A stretch of 64,000 bases of DNA from assembly GCA_002633005.1 (NCBI GenBank), contig NMRA01000037.1:592703-656702 (forward strand), written 5' to 3'. The position numbers and the translations under genes were made by a program. Under the pieces are notes generated by a model. That model saw only the letters and a list, made by a program, of their open reading frames with translations. It ran no database searches and was not told the DNA's origin. This document shows positions 1-13,674 of this stretch, in pieces; position 1 is the first letter of the stretch; each line of letters starts with the position of its first letter. Origin of the DNA: Phoronis australis (Eukaryota > Animalia > Phoronida).

Positions 1-121
1 CCTCCCGACCTCCCCCCATTCGGTGCTATGCGCATCTACAATCGTGGTTCAGTTTGCGCAAATGCTTCCAGCCGGACAAAATGTTGGGCCCCCCCCTTGT
101 CATATCCTAGATCCGCCACTG
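1..121. mobile_element. End of a CAGTGGCGGATC-TIR MITE (partial, runs off window)
   Basis: Ends in TCCTAGATCCGCCACTG. The segment is the reverse complement of the element starting at 28654 (CAGTGGCGGATCTAGGATATCACAAGG...GCACCGAATT). Confidence 0.75.
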
Positions 122-386
122 CGAGAGGACACATTTACCGAATTCTCCAAAACATAATTAGTTTTGTTCAAACAAATATAAGAATTGCAATAAAGTGAAA
201 CATCTTAATTTGTACAAAATCTACATTGGCTGTACTTCGGGAGCAACTTTTCTGATATGCAGCATTGTGTGTTTAATTAACTCTGCATATCGGAAAATCT
301 ACATTACATACATCCCTGATTTAATCAGGCGACACCTTATCATCCCATATTTTCTTTGCGGCTTTTGGTGCCACGAGGGATCCCGG

Positions 387-2990
387 CAGTGGCGGATCTA
401 TGGGGGTTCAGATGGTTTAAGCCCCCCCCTCGGGCCAGGACCCAAAATTAAAAAAAAACGTCTCCAGCAAAACAAAAACGGTACCGCCAGCGTGTGTAAA
501 CCCCAAGTAAATCAACTTAATAATATATTTTTTTGCATTGTGACTTGCTGTTATGAAAATCAACGCATTTCGAGTCTTCGTGGCTCATCGGCAAAACCCC
601 GAAGATCAATTGTGCGCGCGCTTCCGTAGACACTTCTGAAGTCGCCAAGCATTTTAGATGGATCCACCGCTGAAAGAGCAGCTCTATAACTGATTTCTTT
701 AGTAACTAGTTTCTTTACTCTAAGATATGTTTTGATTTGATTAGGGGAAATACTGTGGTGCCGCAACCTTGATATTCAGGTGAATTGACGTGCAACGTTT
801 TTACCTCATCTGTCATGCCATGTCATCCTATTACACCCCACACGTTTGTAACTCGAATTTGACTGGTGTATAGTAAAGTTGTCTTGCGCAATATCATACA
901 GTGTACATGCACATGTAATACTTTTGAAAAAAAAATCGTTTTCCGAAGAATTGCTATTGTGGCGGGCGCCGTGGTCTGGTCGCGAGTCTGTTTGAAGATG
1001 CACTTTAACAAGTTATAACTATACAAGGAATGACCAAGGGGGAACTCACTTTGACAAAGTGACCGCATTCGCGAACAGTGTACAGTACCAGAAATTGCGG
1101 GGAGGCTGTACTTCACACAACAAAGTCTTGCGGGACTCGTGCGATGTTCAATAGGCCTCCTGAGCCCTAGTGTCGACCTCAACACCTACCGTCTTTCCAC
1201 CTGCAATAAGCACCACTGCCGTTTTCTATACTGGAAATTTCCGCAGAAAGGCCCACCCGACGAAACGCCCATGCCCATGGGCATTTATTTGATGTTAGTA
1301 CTTCGGGTTTTAAGCGTTCAAGACATTGGGACGTTTATTTCGAAAATTGCTAGAGATGCAAATGGGTCCTGGGACACATCGTCAAGGTTTGAAGTAGTCC
1401 ATGATAAACGGATCAAGTTTAGTTGCGCATGCTGTAAGTCTTTTGAATGGACTTGGTAACCTCAAGGAGCTTAGTGCCAACTGAGCTGCGAAACGAGATG
1501 CTGACATTGTAGAGGCGTACAAGCTCATTTACACAACAGTTGACGAAGTGCAAGTGTTGGGAACAAACATCGAAGATGTCTGGGTAGAATGGTTCCAAGA
1601 GGAGCAAACCATTGGATCCGATATACAGATTCCTCGGCAGTCTAGACAACAGAAAGATAGGACCAACGGTCCTGGAAAAACACCCAGGTAATAAGTTATA
1701 ATTCTACACAGTTTGTATATAATGTCGGCTTTTTATGCTTGTGTACAATGAAAACGAAATTGAAATTATTCTTGGACATGCCAATTTAACCCAGTACAGC
1801 AGAGGGTCTACGAGCGCACAGAAACTGATTCTGGTTTGGATTTCCACTTGAGTCTATCTGCTTCATATCCAAAATCTTAGTTAAATCTGTACTCAATACT
1901 TGTTTCTTCCAGTGCCTGCTACAGAACGGTGCGAAAACCCTTCCAAGACAACTTCTCGCAGCAGTTGACCACCAGATGTATAGACTACACGTATGAGCAA
2001 CCACTGGGGATTAAAAAGTGAGATGTTTTCAATTCAATTTTTTTTTGCAAAGTACGCTTTAGGTCTCGCGACGGACCAGGCCAGCTTGATTTGTGCAGAT
2101 ATCGAGTTTCAGTGTACTTCTGGTCCCTCGGCGAACTAGTCTTGTGCCTTGTAAAACTATTTATCTCAGCCAGTACTGTTTGGTCCCGCGACAGATCGAC
2201 TATTTTTATAGGGATAACAAGCACAGGTGTACTTTTGGTCTCGTGACGGACCAGGCCAGAGTTTTTGTGTACTCTCAGTGTACATCTGGTCCCTCTTCGA
2301 ACTGCTCCTGTATATCTTTTCACCACGGTGTACAGAATGTTTTGGTTTCGTGAAATTGTTTTCAGATGATTTGTTTCCTGATACATTTGACGTTTTTCAA
2401 TTGTTGTCAACGTGATTCAGCTTAATAAAATGATACTTAAATGTTTATTGTCGCTTATTATTAAAATTTAATAATAGACTATGAGCTGAGAGCACTATCG
2501 TTCGCCAGTTTTTCTCGTAACGAGACAGAACACATGTTTATTTCTGGACTAACAGTACAGGTCTTCGTTCTTAAACAGCTTGAGGCTGTTGCGATCATTT
2601 GATATTCAAGATTTTATGCCCCGTCGATGCTCCTTATGCTCTTGAATATTTGGTAGTTGTCTAAACCCCTGTATACACACCACAATTTTTCGTATGCTAA
2701 AAAGGTGTGTGCAAGCAGATGTTCCAACACAATATTTTGCTGGTGATGTGACTCGTAGCCAGATGTGCACATTAATATGGTTTCACGAAACTTATGAGCC
2801 AAGTTCATGTGACGAAATCGAGAAGGGTTTTTAATTATCTTAAGAAAAACTCCAGGGACATGTTAAGTGCCAGAAAGGTACCAGGATGCATGGAAATTTC
2901 ACTGTTTGGCTACAAAAACACAACGCCTCGGATTTGACCATTGCGGGAATCCTAACCCCCCCCCTTACTGAAAACGTAGATCCGCCACTG
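387..2990 (-). mobile_element. Degenerate hAT-superfamily transposon with relic transposase
   Basis: 14-bp TIRs CAGTGGCGGATCTA (387) / TAGATCCGCCACTG (2990). Minus-strand fragments resemble a hAT transposase: IKTYLR...GFADEPRRLEM (C-terminal dimerisation region, 560-766) and PDIFDVCSQHLHFVN (CxxH-like region, 1419-1649). Many stops and frameshifts; no matching TSD. Confidence 0.6.
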
Positions 2991-3559
2991 GCACTTTGAC
3001 ACCAATACCGTTCAGTTTCATTGGTATTTGCGAAGTTTCATGATAGAGAACCTGGCAAGGCGCACCGTTGCATTCTAACCAGACGCCCGTTTCACAGTGA
3101 CTTTACCAACACAGAAATGGCGTTCCTCCACAACTTCATGCACGCCTCACCAGCTGTATATTCGTTGTCTCAATCCAACGGCGCGTGATGTTTTCGCGGC
3201 TGGAACAACCCAACGACTCCTGTGAACACGGGTCACGAACTTTTCGCATGACTCAGTGCTGCCACGCGAGTCAGCCAGTCGCGTTTTTCAAATGTGTGAG
3301 CGTTTTTCATAATTTCAGGACCGTGTTAGTGAGGTGAGCCTACAAGTCCACTAGCACGTTTTGATGAGTGCTTGTATGTGTTCAACGGCGACGGCTTGCT
3401 AATACATATTAGTAGCACGTTACGGCGTTTTCCCGTTGATCCCAACTTGTTCGATTCTACAGCCCAACAACAAGTTGAGAGGATGACCCCTCAGTGTAGC
3501 CAATATCTTACACGACTGATTAACTTCATTCTGGCATTTATGGTTGGAGGGCCAGCTCT

Positions 3560-3806
3560 GGCCCGTTCCAACAAAACTGACTTAGCTAAGGCAGATCTTA
3601 ATTTTTAGTAAATTTTAAGATAAAATTTAAATTTGTCTAGAGACTGTTTTAAGAAAGAGACCTTAAGTTTGAATTACGTTTTTGATAAAAGTTCAATCTT
3701 AATTTTAGCTGTCTGGCCGGATGTGGAAGTTTCAAAGTATGGAAGTTAAGACAAATCTTAGACTTAAGTAAAAAATGAACTTAAGTCAGTTTCTTGGAAC
3801 GGGCCC
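3560..3806. mobile_element. PIF/Harbinger-like MITE
   Basis: ~25-bp imperfect TIRs GGCCCGTTCCAACAAAACTGACTTA / TAAGTCAGTTTCTTGGAACGGGCCC, flanked by CTG and CAG (CWG-type target), with an AT-rich non-coding interior. Confidence 0.65.
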
Positions 3807-4432
3807 CAGATCTCCAAATAAGATCGTATCTAGCCTGACTGGCCGGGCTGTGCTGTTAAAAACAAAAGTTAAATTATAACATATTGAACATATACCAATA
3901 GCATTTCTGAATTCCTCGTCAATTGCTGATCATGTTTAGTTTTTGAATCGGCAAAATCGCCCAACTACAACCGAAGTTATGGCAATCTATTCCCTCCGAA
4001 CGTACCTGAATTCGCTCTGGGTTTGACTGTGTTCACACGTGGTCTGTAATAAGCCTGGTAGATAATTGGCCTGTCTGTTGTCATACCAGACAAAAGACTG
4101 TGCTTGACAGTTAACAATGGAGCTAAATGTTATCACACGCTCACAACCCTCTACGTCTGGTAAAGTCACTGAACGGGAGAACGCCGCAATGTTAACAGGA
4201 AAAAGGTGTATTAAAATCTGACCACCGGAAATGGGTTAAAACTAGGTCATTTCCAAAAGGCCGCCACGTCATTTCGAAATCACTATAAACAGATATAACG
4301 TCTACAATAATTGTAATAGAGACATACTTTTTGGTTCTCACTGGTGGGTAAAATTCAGATATAATGAGCATTTGATACGAAATTCAAGATGGCGGCTAAA
4401 ATTTAAGAAGTTCAACGAAAAATCACTGATTT

Positions 4433-4735
4433 CAGGGGCGGATCCGGGATTTTGAGTTGGGGGGGCAGGGCACGGGAATAACCAGAATTTCGACAGATGC
4501 GTGCGCCCAGTCTAAAATGTGGGGACGAAGAGGCCTCGAATGTTTGGCGGGGTTGCGGACCTGTTGACTAAAAAAAACGGTAAACGAGGTTTGTTCAGTT
4601 TGTTCAGGGCTTATGCGTTGTTTATTCACCCCCGACGAGCCCCTGCTTGCGCGCACCCGAACTCCCAAGTGGTATCTGGTAGAATTTTAGGGAGGCCATG
4701 GCCCCCTTNCCCCCCCCCCCCTAAGTCCGCCACTG
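4433..4735. mobile_element. CAGGGGCGGATC-type MITE with 5-bp TSD
   Basis: Termini CAGGGGCGGATCC / GTCCGCCACTG, with a perfect flanking direct repeat GATTT (4428-4432 and 4736-4740). Confidence 0.8.
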
Positions 4736-5043
4736 GATTTGTCCATTATGCAATATCTTATCCCCAAAAACGAAAGTATGATTAGATGCGACTGGTTTCT
4801 GATTGAATGATCTTAAAACATTTAGATGTGACTGAATTCTGACTGAATTATTTTAAATGTGAACAATGCATGTAAACTTAAGCAGTCAAACATTTAATCC
4901 AAAGCATTAGCTTGACATAAAAGTCACAAAAATGGTCTAGTGTATATTTTTGCCACTGGTTTTTATTTAAAAATCCAAATAAAGAAACTAGAAACCCAGG
5001 GCAAAATGCCAAAATCAGTGATCGAGCCATTTAACAAACACTA

Positions 5044-6790
5044 ATGAGATCGCTAAAAAGCGCAGGCGGCTTGACTCATGGCAATAAGATGGCAGAGGAG
5101 CAGCGACCATTGAATAGAGTGTCGGCCCCCATAACGTCAGAACTGAACATCGGCTTGCAGTACTTCAATGACCTCACGTACACAACAAGGGAACAACACA
5201 AAGAAGCAACTGGTGCCAGAATTGAAAGAGATACATGCGATCTTGCCAAGATACGCACAAAACTGACCACTTTTCCACCCATCTCCTTACATCCTGCGCT
5301 ACGCAATGTCGCCAGTGGTTTTGTCGCCACCGAAAACGTCAACGAGCCCAAGTATGAACCTGTCGAGAACAAAGTCATTAAGAGAATGGTCGGACAAGTT
5401 CCGTTTTCTTTCTCTTCTAAGAGAAAAGAGTATTGCTATGTGAAACGCAGCTGCTGTCCAGATTGGCTCATGACAGAGCCATCTATCCTAACTTGCTCCT
5501 TCAGCAATTACTGGTGGTATTCCGGTCGAGTGGCTTGTTTCCAGAGGAAGTTCTTACCCACCGTCCCTCCTTGAGGACAACCTGTCTCAAAAGCTCATGC
5601 ACGTGAAGAAGCACCGAACTCCACACCTTCAGTCCACCTCCAGACTGAAATGTTGTGCTTGATGGGGGATCTTCGATGCAAAAGCTCAAATGGAAAGAGG
5701 GAGATACAAGAGAAACCTTGCCAGAGCATATGCTGTCTTAACAGTAAAACACTATGAAACAGTCACTGTTGTCTTTGATGGCTACGGTGCAGGTTCTTCT
5801 ATAAAGGATAACACTCAGCAGAGACAGGTACAGATCAGCAGCTATGCGACTGTGAACTTCACCGGAGGCAGCAAATTTGATGGAAAAAGCGCCGAAACTC
5901 TTATTAGTCGGCAGTAACAAGCAGCTATTGATAGCCTAATAAGTGACCAGCCGCAGAAAGTGGGATCCACAGCCATTCAGGCAGAAGGGGGCGCTGGTGT
6001 GGACATTGCAAAAAGACAGCACTTACATGTAATAGTACAAATATGCATTGCTTCAGAGTAATCGACGAGGGCACTAACCTAGTGTCCCATTACAGTATGG
6101 CTGACAGGAAAATTCTATATTTCAGAATAGACAAGTCAATAACCAATCTGAAAGTGTACGACATAAAATAGATGAAGTGTGTGCTAGGGATTAAGTTGTG
6201 TACCCAGCTACTATTCCTGCATTCCTTCACAGGATGCGACTCAACGTTTCTCGTGTAAGCCGTTGGAAAGAAATTAGTCTTTCAGAAACTCGTGAAAAAA
6301 GACCGAATCTTCCAGACGTCTGCAGAAAGGTGTGAGCCCCTCTGAGATAGAGGACCTTAGCAGTCAAGCGATGGTCGCAATGTTTGGTAGGGAGAGGACG
6401 TGTTCTCTGGCAACCACATGTCACAACATACTCACCAAGAAGGTTGCTACTGCTTAGTCTTTCATTACTCTCAACGGAATCAGCCACCAGGTGTCATTGT
6501 CTCCGAGAGTACTAACAGGTCATGGTTTGGATGATGATAGCAAATGACATGAATCCTCTTGACTGGGACTAGAGACCTGAAGGCAGTCGATTCATACCCC
6601 TCATGGCCGTCATGAATGCTGCACTAGATGCTCTCCTGAAGACGATGCACTGCAACTGCACCACAACTTGTAGTATTCCCCTTTGCAGTTGCGGATATAA
6701 TGGGCTTGCATTTACATCTGCAAGTGAATTGTGCCAAGCTTCATGCTGTGACAATCAAGAGAAGGCAGTGTGGCCTGGTGTGATAGGTGC
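5044..6790 (+). mobile_element. AcademX-like DNA transposon relic (XPG/PIN-like nuclease plus C-terminal Cys-rich domain)
   Basis: Frameshifted motifs in order: VVLDGGS (~5652), VVFDGY (ORF 5690-5917), LFLHSFTGCDST (~6211), then CNCTTTCSIPLCSC...CQASCCDN (~6650-6755). This architecture matches XPG-encoding Academ elements. Confidence 0.6.
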
Positions 6791-7489
6791 CCGCTTTCTT
6801 CCCGTTTTGATGCATGTTTTTAAGTATTCGTTGTTTATTATTGCTTATGGTATTTGTATGTACAATTTTTTATCTTCATTATAACCGTTTAAATTGCCTG
6901 TAAGTTTATTTTCTTAATATTTTTTGAAAGCTGTCACAGATAACATGTTGCTGATAGGCACTGTAAACCTTTGACAAAAACAAACAGGTTGACAGGCTTC
7001 GAACGGACGGACGGGCGGCAAAGTATTTCTTTGTTTGATCTGAGAGACTAACAAATGGTTAAACATGGCGACCATTTACTGGGCATTGCAGTATTTGCAA
7101 AACACGAACAAACATGAGACTGCCTTGAAGTGGCAAGCATACTTGTTAATTATCAAGTTGAAAATATTCGTCTGTGAGAAAATATTTTTAAGTTACTATG
7201 AACCCTTTTACTGCTGTAAATGTGGTCCTGACTTGTGTTTCACTAGAACTAGAGACACTTTCCGGACCTTGAGACGAAGTGAGTATTCGTTATTGGTTGA
7301 GATCAGGCTGGTTAAAAGATACCAAACCCTGTTTTTGACTATTAATAAATATTTAGGACGACATTCCCATCCAGTTGTCATCGATAATCCTAAAAATTAA
7401 AAAATAGCTGTTAACTCTTTACAAAGTCTGCTAAACGGGCAAGCGTGACCTACGCTTTTGGCGAGTTGCACAATAACTGTAGGGAAGAC

Positions 7490-8165
7490 CGTTTTAAATC
7501 AGTTTCAGTTGGTACCTCGAATATGTAATCTAGCTCAAATTTTCAATGCTATACGGTGGTTGATATTTTTGGGGGTTTCTGGCGGGCACAACTCAGAGTA
7601 TATTTTGTCTGTCATGAGACATTTAGTGATCAGTGACATGACTGTATTGAATCACGTGGAATTGGTTTTTTGTAGAACCTCGAAAGTATGAGCTAGCTCA
7701 TTTTTGGCGATTCTTAGAGTTTCTGGTGGACCCTTTCCAGAGTGCAATTTGTCTGTCCTGGGTCATTCGCATGGTTTTCAGTGCGGTAATATTGTTCGTT
7801 TGAAATCAGTTTTTGCTGGTACCTCAAATATTTAATCTAGCTCAAATTTTCAATGGCATATGGTGGTTGACATTATTGGGGGGGTTTCTGGTGGGCACAA
7901 CCCAGAGTGTATTTTGACTATCATGGGGCATTTAGTGATCAGTGAAATATATTGAATCACATGGAATTGGTTTTTGTGGTACTTCGAATGTATGGGGTAG
8001 CTCATTTTTTTTGGGGGGGGGTCCTTTTTGGTTTCTGCGGATCCATTCCAGAGCCGTGCAATTTGTCTGCCATGGGTCATTCGGTGTTCAGGGATGTACG
8101 ATTGCTCGTTTTAAATCAGTTTTGGCCGGTACCTTGTATATCTATAGACTAGCTCATTTTCGCCC
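7490..8165. repeat. Tandem repeat, ~310-bp unit (dimer of ~155-bp subunits), ~2.2 copies; probably subterminal repeat of the Academ-like element
   Basis: AAATCAGTTT...GGTACCT...CTAGCTCA recurs at ~7495, ~7803 and ~8113; GTTTCTGG..G/CAGAGT recurs at about half that period. Confidence 0.75.
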
Positions 8166-9857
8166 CTTTGTGAGGTCCCCAGAGGAGATGGCACCCAGAG
8201 TGCAGACAACAGCAGACGTCCATTTCCGTATAAATTGAGGTGGACTCTAATTGCTTCCATGGTCAGATGTTGATACCTCGTACATCTATGCTAAGTGCTC
8301 TGAGCGGCTAGTCTAGCGTGGGGTGCTGATGGTAATTAATGGTCGCGAAAGTGTGGGTGATTGCAATGACGCCGTAGAAGTAGCAGAGTTACAAATGTGA
8401 AATGATGGTTCTAATAGTCATTCTCATAATCTCACCCTCAGGGCAGTGTATAAATATATGCGCACGGACTTGTTTCATACGACATGACTGCTTGGATCTA
8501 CTCATTATTCATCGAAATCAGACAGCTCATTTCCATACCTATTGTGTTCCTTATAGGACAGTTGTAATTAAGTGAAAATAATTTAGAGCACCCAAAGAAG
8601 AAAAAAAAACATTCCCCTGGTTTGGAAGAGGCACTCTTTTCATCGAATGGACACAGTGTAGTTGATAAACTTTTGGTATTGTTAGTAGTAAATTGTTAAA
8701 GGAACTTTTACGTTCCTTGCATTTTTAAAAAAATGCAAGGGAGAAGGCGATGTTTTGTCAGGTTTTTGACCGTAAGAGTAACATAGACAAAGGCCCGCAT
8801 GGAACCGCAGACTTAACCATCAGGGAAAATCGTATGTGGGTGATTGATGCCCTTAAATGTTTGTCAGGATTTGAAGGCAATCGATGGGACTATTCATTCC
8901 AAATATGAGCAAGAAATAGGACGAGACCGATGTTATAATAAGTAAACAAAAAATTCACTAGAACAAATGTGGAGACTTCCATCATAAGGGCAGCGAATTT
9001 ATCAAACAATCTGCGCTGTTATTACCTTGAATTCCGTTAAAGACCCTGACTGGGTGCATGATAACCCAGCAATACAGATTTTGGAGGCCAGATACAAGCG
9101 AAACTAATATTAGGTTCGTATTTCCTGAGGTTATAGCAACATGACTGGGATAAACACACAGGAACCATGGCATCTGACGTGTGTAAAAAGGTCGTAAGTA
9201 TACACAGTGGTCGATATCTCATTTTGCGCGAAAGTTGATCCCAGCCGAGGAGTTAGTCAAGTTTCTTTATACACTCTGACACAGCACCACCTATATTGAA
9301 AAGTAGACCTCTGGAAACACGATGAACGACACACGGAATTCCGTGTGTGGGCATCAATGCGCATGCTTGGTCGGAAGTATACCGATCACATCGCCACCAC
9401 TTGCACACGCCTTTATGTACTGTACTTGTTTGGGCTCAAGCCACTGGATTGGGGTGCCTTTGATTTTGTCTACTTAGAGCACTTCCCTTTTTAATAATTT
9501 GCAACTATTCAAGTCAAAGGTGGTCGCCATACTACGTTAGAGCAAACTGAAAGGGGTTTCCCAGATTTCAACCAAAGGGAATGACTGAATGTTATGATGT
9601 CGGTTTCATTACTTTAACCGATGAGAAGTCATGTTAAGAAACATTCCACAGCGCTACCTTTCGTATCACCGTTAAAGGGTGTAGTTTCTTTAGCAATGAC
9701 TACATTCCTTCGGGTGAACGCCCTCGTTCGGCCAAACGCCCACTCTTGAATTGTCTAAATATTCACTTTTTTAAGTCAATACTTTTCTTTAAGCAAATCT
9801 TTCGCGCACAACGTTCTTAATGGACGAGCCATCCGATCACGCTGAAGTCAGTATAAC

Positions 9858-12800
9858 CATAGATATTAGTAAAGAGATTCGCGACTCCGTGAAGTCTCGC
9901 GGCCTAACGCAAAAGTACGTGAGCAGGATTCAAAACTTCCGGTCTCATGGCTAAGCACAATAACGAAGGTGAACTTTGGTTTTTATTTCGCGCACATCAA
10001 GCAATATTTTTGAGATTGAAATTAATTTGTTGTGTTTAATGCAAACTAAATCGCGTATGCGAGCCATTCAAGTCGGATTATTGCTACGAAACGTGTCGGA
10101 ATTAAATTGACAATTTGTTTTTGATCGGCCCGCCTGCTGGCAATGTTCAACACACGAATCGAGGCGTTTGGCCCAATGAAAAGGTTGAGCTAAATGGATA
10201 ATTCTTTTCACTAGTTGAATTCTCAGTCATTTACGATGAAATTTAATTTTGTGAATTTGTATGAATTTTGGCTCGACCTAAATGTAGTTTCTCATTCGTC
10301 ACTACGTCTACAATACATAAGCCATGGTTTATCAATATATCCAAAATTCAGCAAGAGCGAAATTTTGCCATTTTTCGTGATTTTCAGCTGATATATATTA
10401 GCATGAAAAGTGGTGGAAAATGAAAAGTATGCCAGCGAAATATTTAAACTTTCTTCTTTAAATTGATATCCGTTTCAACAAATGGGGGCATTCATGAATA
10501 TTTTTAAAAATCGAAGTACTGCAGCACTTAAGAAGGGGATAAATTTTCAGTTGCTAAATGGCCATTACTGAACCGATTTTATTTAATGATATGTATATCC
10601 AGGGGCGGATCCCTGATTTTGTGTTAGGGGGACCAGAGAAGAGTATTAGCCAGGATTTTGTCATTCAGACATTGACACTCCCTATCTGCCAAATGGAATC
10701 TGAGGGAATTTTAGGGGAGGGGGGTGTAGCCCCCTTCTAAATCTGCTATTGATGTCAAACTGTTTGCTAAAAAATCTGCCTTAAGTGTACATTTTTATTT
10801 GTTTATTTGTTTTTTTTTGATAAAAGTATGGGAAAATGTAGACTTTTTAATTTAATGCCTTGCCAATTTCTAACCTGGAAGAATCCTGCAAATGTACTCT
10901 CAACGTAACAATTACTATCGTGTCCTAATCCATTCCTCATCAATATGTTTCACTTCATCTCACCATTTCTATTTAGCAATACTTCCAAAAAAGGTAAATT
11001 CAGTTATTTTTCAAGAACCGTGCTGACCTTTCCAGGGTTAATACTGAAATCAAATTTGATTGGTCAAATGGATTAAACAGAACCAGTCATAACTTCCCTA
11101 AATTACATAAAGTGACCCAAATTGGTGAAATATATTCATCTAAACAGTACAGAATATTTTTAAAATTCAATTTAACTTCAGTTTTGGGGATAGATTCAGT
11201 CTATTTTCTTCAAAAATAATTCTGTAACACGTTTTCTACCTTGTGGTGGTGCTGTGATCAGTTTCATTTTTAAAAAAATAATATTTTGCATTAAACTAAT
11301 TGTTTATTGAAGGCTGCAGTGCATCAAAACCGTTTAGAATACGAGTATGCTCTTTTTGGATGGTCACTAACACAACGCCTCTCAATTCCTATATTATTTG
11401 ACAGGAATGAAATTGGTTTAAATTTCCTTGAAATTTAATTGTCCAATTTAATTTTGTTTAATTAAAAATGCACATGATCATTTTTATCATATGGTGCGCA
11501 ACTTAAGCTTGTGAAAACATTGATATCACTTGGGGAAAAAGAATACATATAACCTCAAATATTTTTGAATAAATGATGAAATACTCTGAAAAAACTAGGT
11601 TTCTGGTTTTTGCTGTTTTTGAATTCATTTGTTACACCAATTTCATTTTTAGAATTGTTTTGAAATATTTTGGAACAAAAGAAATATTTTCACCGAACCA
11701 TGGTAATTCTTGAAGGGTTTTGTCGTTTAAAAGTGGTTTGGTGACGATGTCATGTTGTTAACCTACTTGTAAAGGACTCTCTATCTTGTTTTAGCAACAC
11801 AGTAAGCTATGGATTCCTAAATATAGTTGTCTAAACTTGATATTTTTTGTGGCCTGAAATTTTTGGAAGCTATTTGCTGAAAAAAGGCTATCTTTGAGGC
11901 TGTAGAAATTGAATAACTGGAGAGCCACCTAAACAAAGGGTATTTTTGTATTCCTTCTCAGAAATGTATGCAACTCTGGCCTTAAGCAATGTTGTTATGT
12001 TTTTTCCTGTTTTGTCATTGTAAAAATCAATTCCATTTATTTTCGTGTTGCCATTTTTCACTTAATTGTAAAGTAAGGCAGGGGAATCTCAGACCCCTGT
12101 TACTTACTCCTTGGAACTGGGAAAATAAAGAAATGAAAAATGTCTATTTTGTGTGTGCTGTGCTATCTTATAACCACTAAAAATAAGGCGGACAGAACAC
12201 CTTTCATAACCTGAGTCTTTCCCTCTCATGTTCTCTATTTCAAATTTTGTGGTATTTTGTTTCAGTTGGTGGTTTCATTTCATGTTCTAACTTTTTTTCT
12301 GCAGGCAAAAATATAACACTTAAAACTGAATTCCCTTCACTGAGTATAAAGTACAAAAACTTCATTTATAAAAAATATACTATACAAGTTTCCTTTCCAA
12401 CGTTGAATATCTGTTGGCGTCACAAAACCCTAAAGAAAATTACAGTGCCAACTGGTCCTTCAAAATTTTGACTTTTTCAATTCACTGGTTATCTCCACTA
12501 CTCAATAGTGGAACTGATTCTGTTGTGGCAATTAAGACATTCACGCTCAATGCAATACTGAAAATTAGATCAGTTTTTTGTTAAAAAGCCATAGAAGAGT
12601 CCTGGGGGAAGAGTTCACTTTCACAAAATCCCGTTCTAGATACAACTCTTCGTTCCATATTAATTTATAGATATTCTATGTATTTGTGACATTTAGAGGA
12701 TGTTCAGACACTGAAAGAGAGAAATAGACATTAGGTCTTAATGAGCATGCCCACTTTCATAATCATAAATATTACTCGTCAAGAAACTGTGGAGAATATG

Positions 12801-13674
12801 TCAACTCAGTCGACATGGAGAGCCGCATAATGTGCTGCTATTGAAAATATTGAGAGTCTCTTTTGATTACATTCACGAAGCCCGTTTTTAATGAGCAGCA
12901 AACAGGGTCATGCTGCACTTGTTTGCGCGACAATCTTGTTACCCCCTCCATTTGTCAGTCTTTGCAGTATTTCACACCTGCTGTGTACCATTGCATATTT
13001 GACTAGCTTTTGCTCTGTGGTGGTATTACTGTGTCATTTTATTTCCACTTGATGAAACAAGTATTTTCGAAATATCGTTTGTCGTCTCTTGGTCAGTTTC
13101 TTTACCAATGTTCTGACGATACGAACGGAATGAAATAAAGATTGTTAACAGCAACAAGTGTCATGGATCGATCCAATTTTGCATAATCGTAGCTATGTTT
13201 AGAAGTTGCCTTACAATATACTTTTGGCCTATGATAGTAGTGACAGCAAGCAAGTTTTTGACACACAACTTTTTGACACTCAAGTTTTTGACACTCAAGT
13301 TTGGCAAATGATATGTCAATGTCAGTTAGCCTTTAGCCCTTCTCCCTGGAACAAAGCTGTATGAATTACAAATATTTATTGTGTAACATTGTTACAAATT
13401 CATTTTTGTTGGTTAATACTTGTGCTTATGATTATGAGCTGATTTGCACGGTACTCAATTTAAACAAACATCAATACTAATTGCAACAAAAAATCAGCTG
13501 ATGCCACTGTGTAAGTGTAAAAACGGGAAAATCAGCTGAAGATGTTTGTGACATTAATAACTCATAACATGTCTTAATTATCTTGTGAATGTTTNGTTAG
13601 TGCTTGTGTCCCGAGGTCCGCGACATGCGCAACGCGCTCTAACGGGAGTTGGCAGTTCCTATCTATAGTCTATG
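9858..13674 (+). mobile_element. P-element-like DNA transposon (CATAG termini, 7-bp TSD), highly decayed
   Basis: Termini CATAGA.../...TCTATG with perfect TSD GTATAAC (9851-9857 and 13675-13681). Weak plus-strand motif echoes NFDFFNS (~12464) and QETVEN (~12780) resemble P-transposase FDILNS and QDxLEN. An n at 13595 lies inside. Confidence 0.55.
10600..10751. mobile_element. Short CAGGGGCGGATC-type MITE nested in the P-like element
   Basis: Left CAGGGGCGGATCC, decayed right end ATCTGCTATTG; flanks ATATC/ATGTC (4 of 5 match). Shares internal sequence with 4433-4735. Confidence 0.55.

Noticed and set aside
7490-8165. Repeat arrays (also 56146-57111 and 2060-2300) as CRISPR-like
   Set aside because: Units are homologous along their length with no unique spacers, there are no cas genes, and the context is eukaryotic.
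9672-10531. Kolobok-like TTAA-flanked ends
   Set aside because: The TIR match is poor and the span would straddle the better-supported P-like terminus at 9858.
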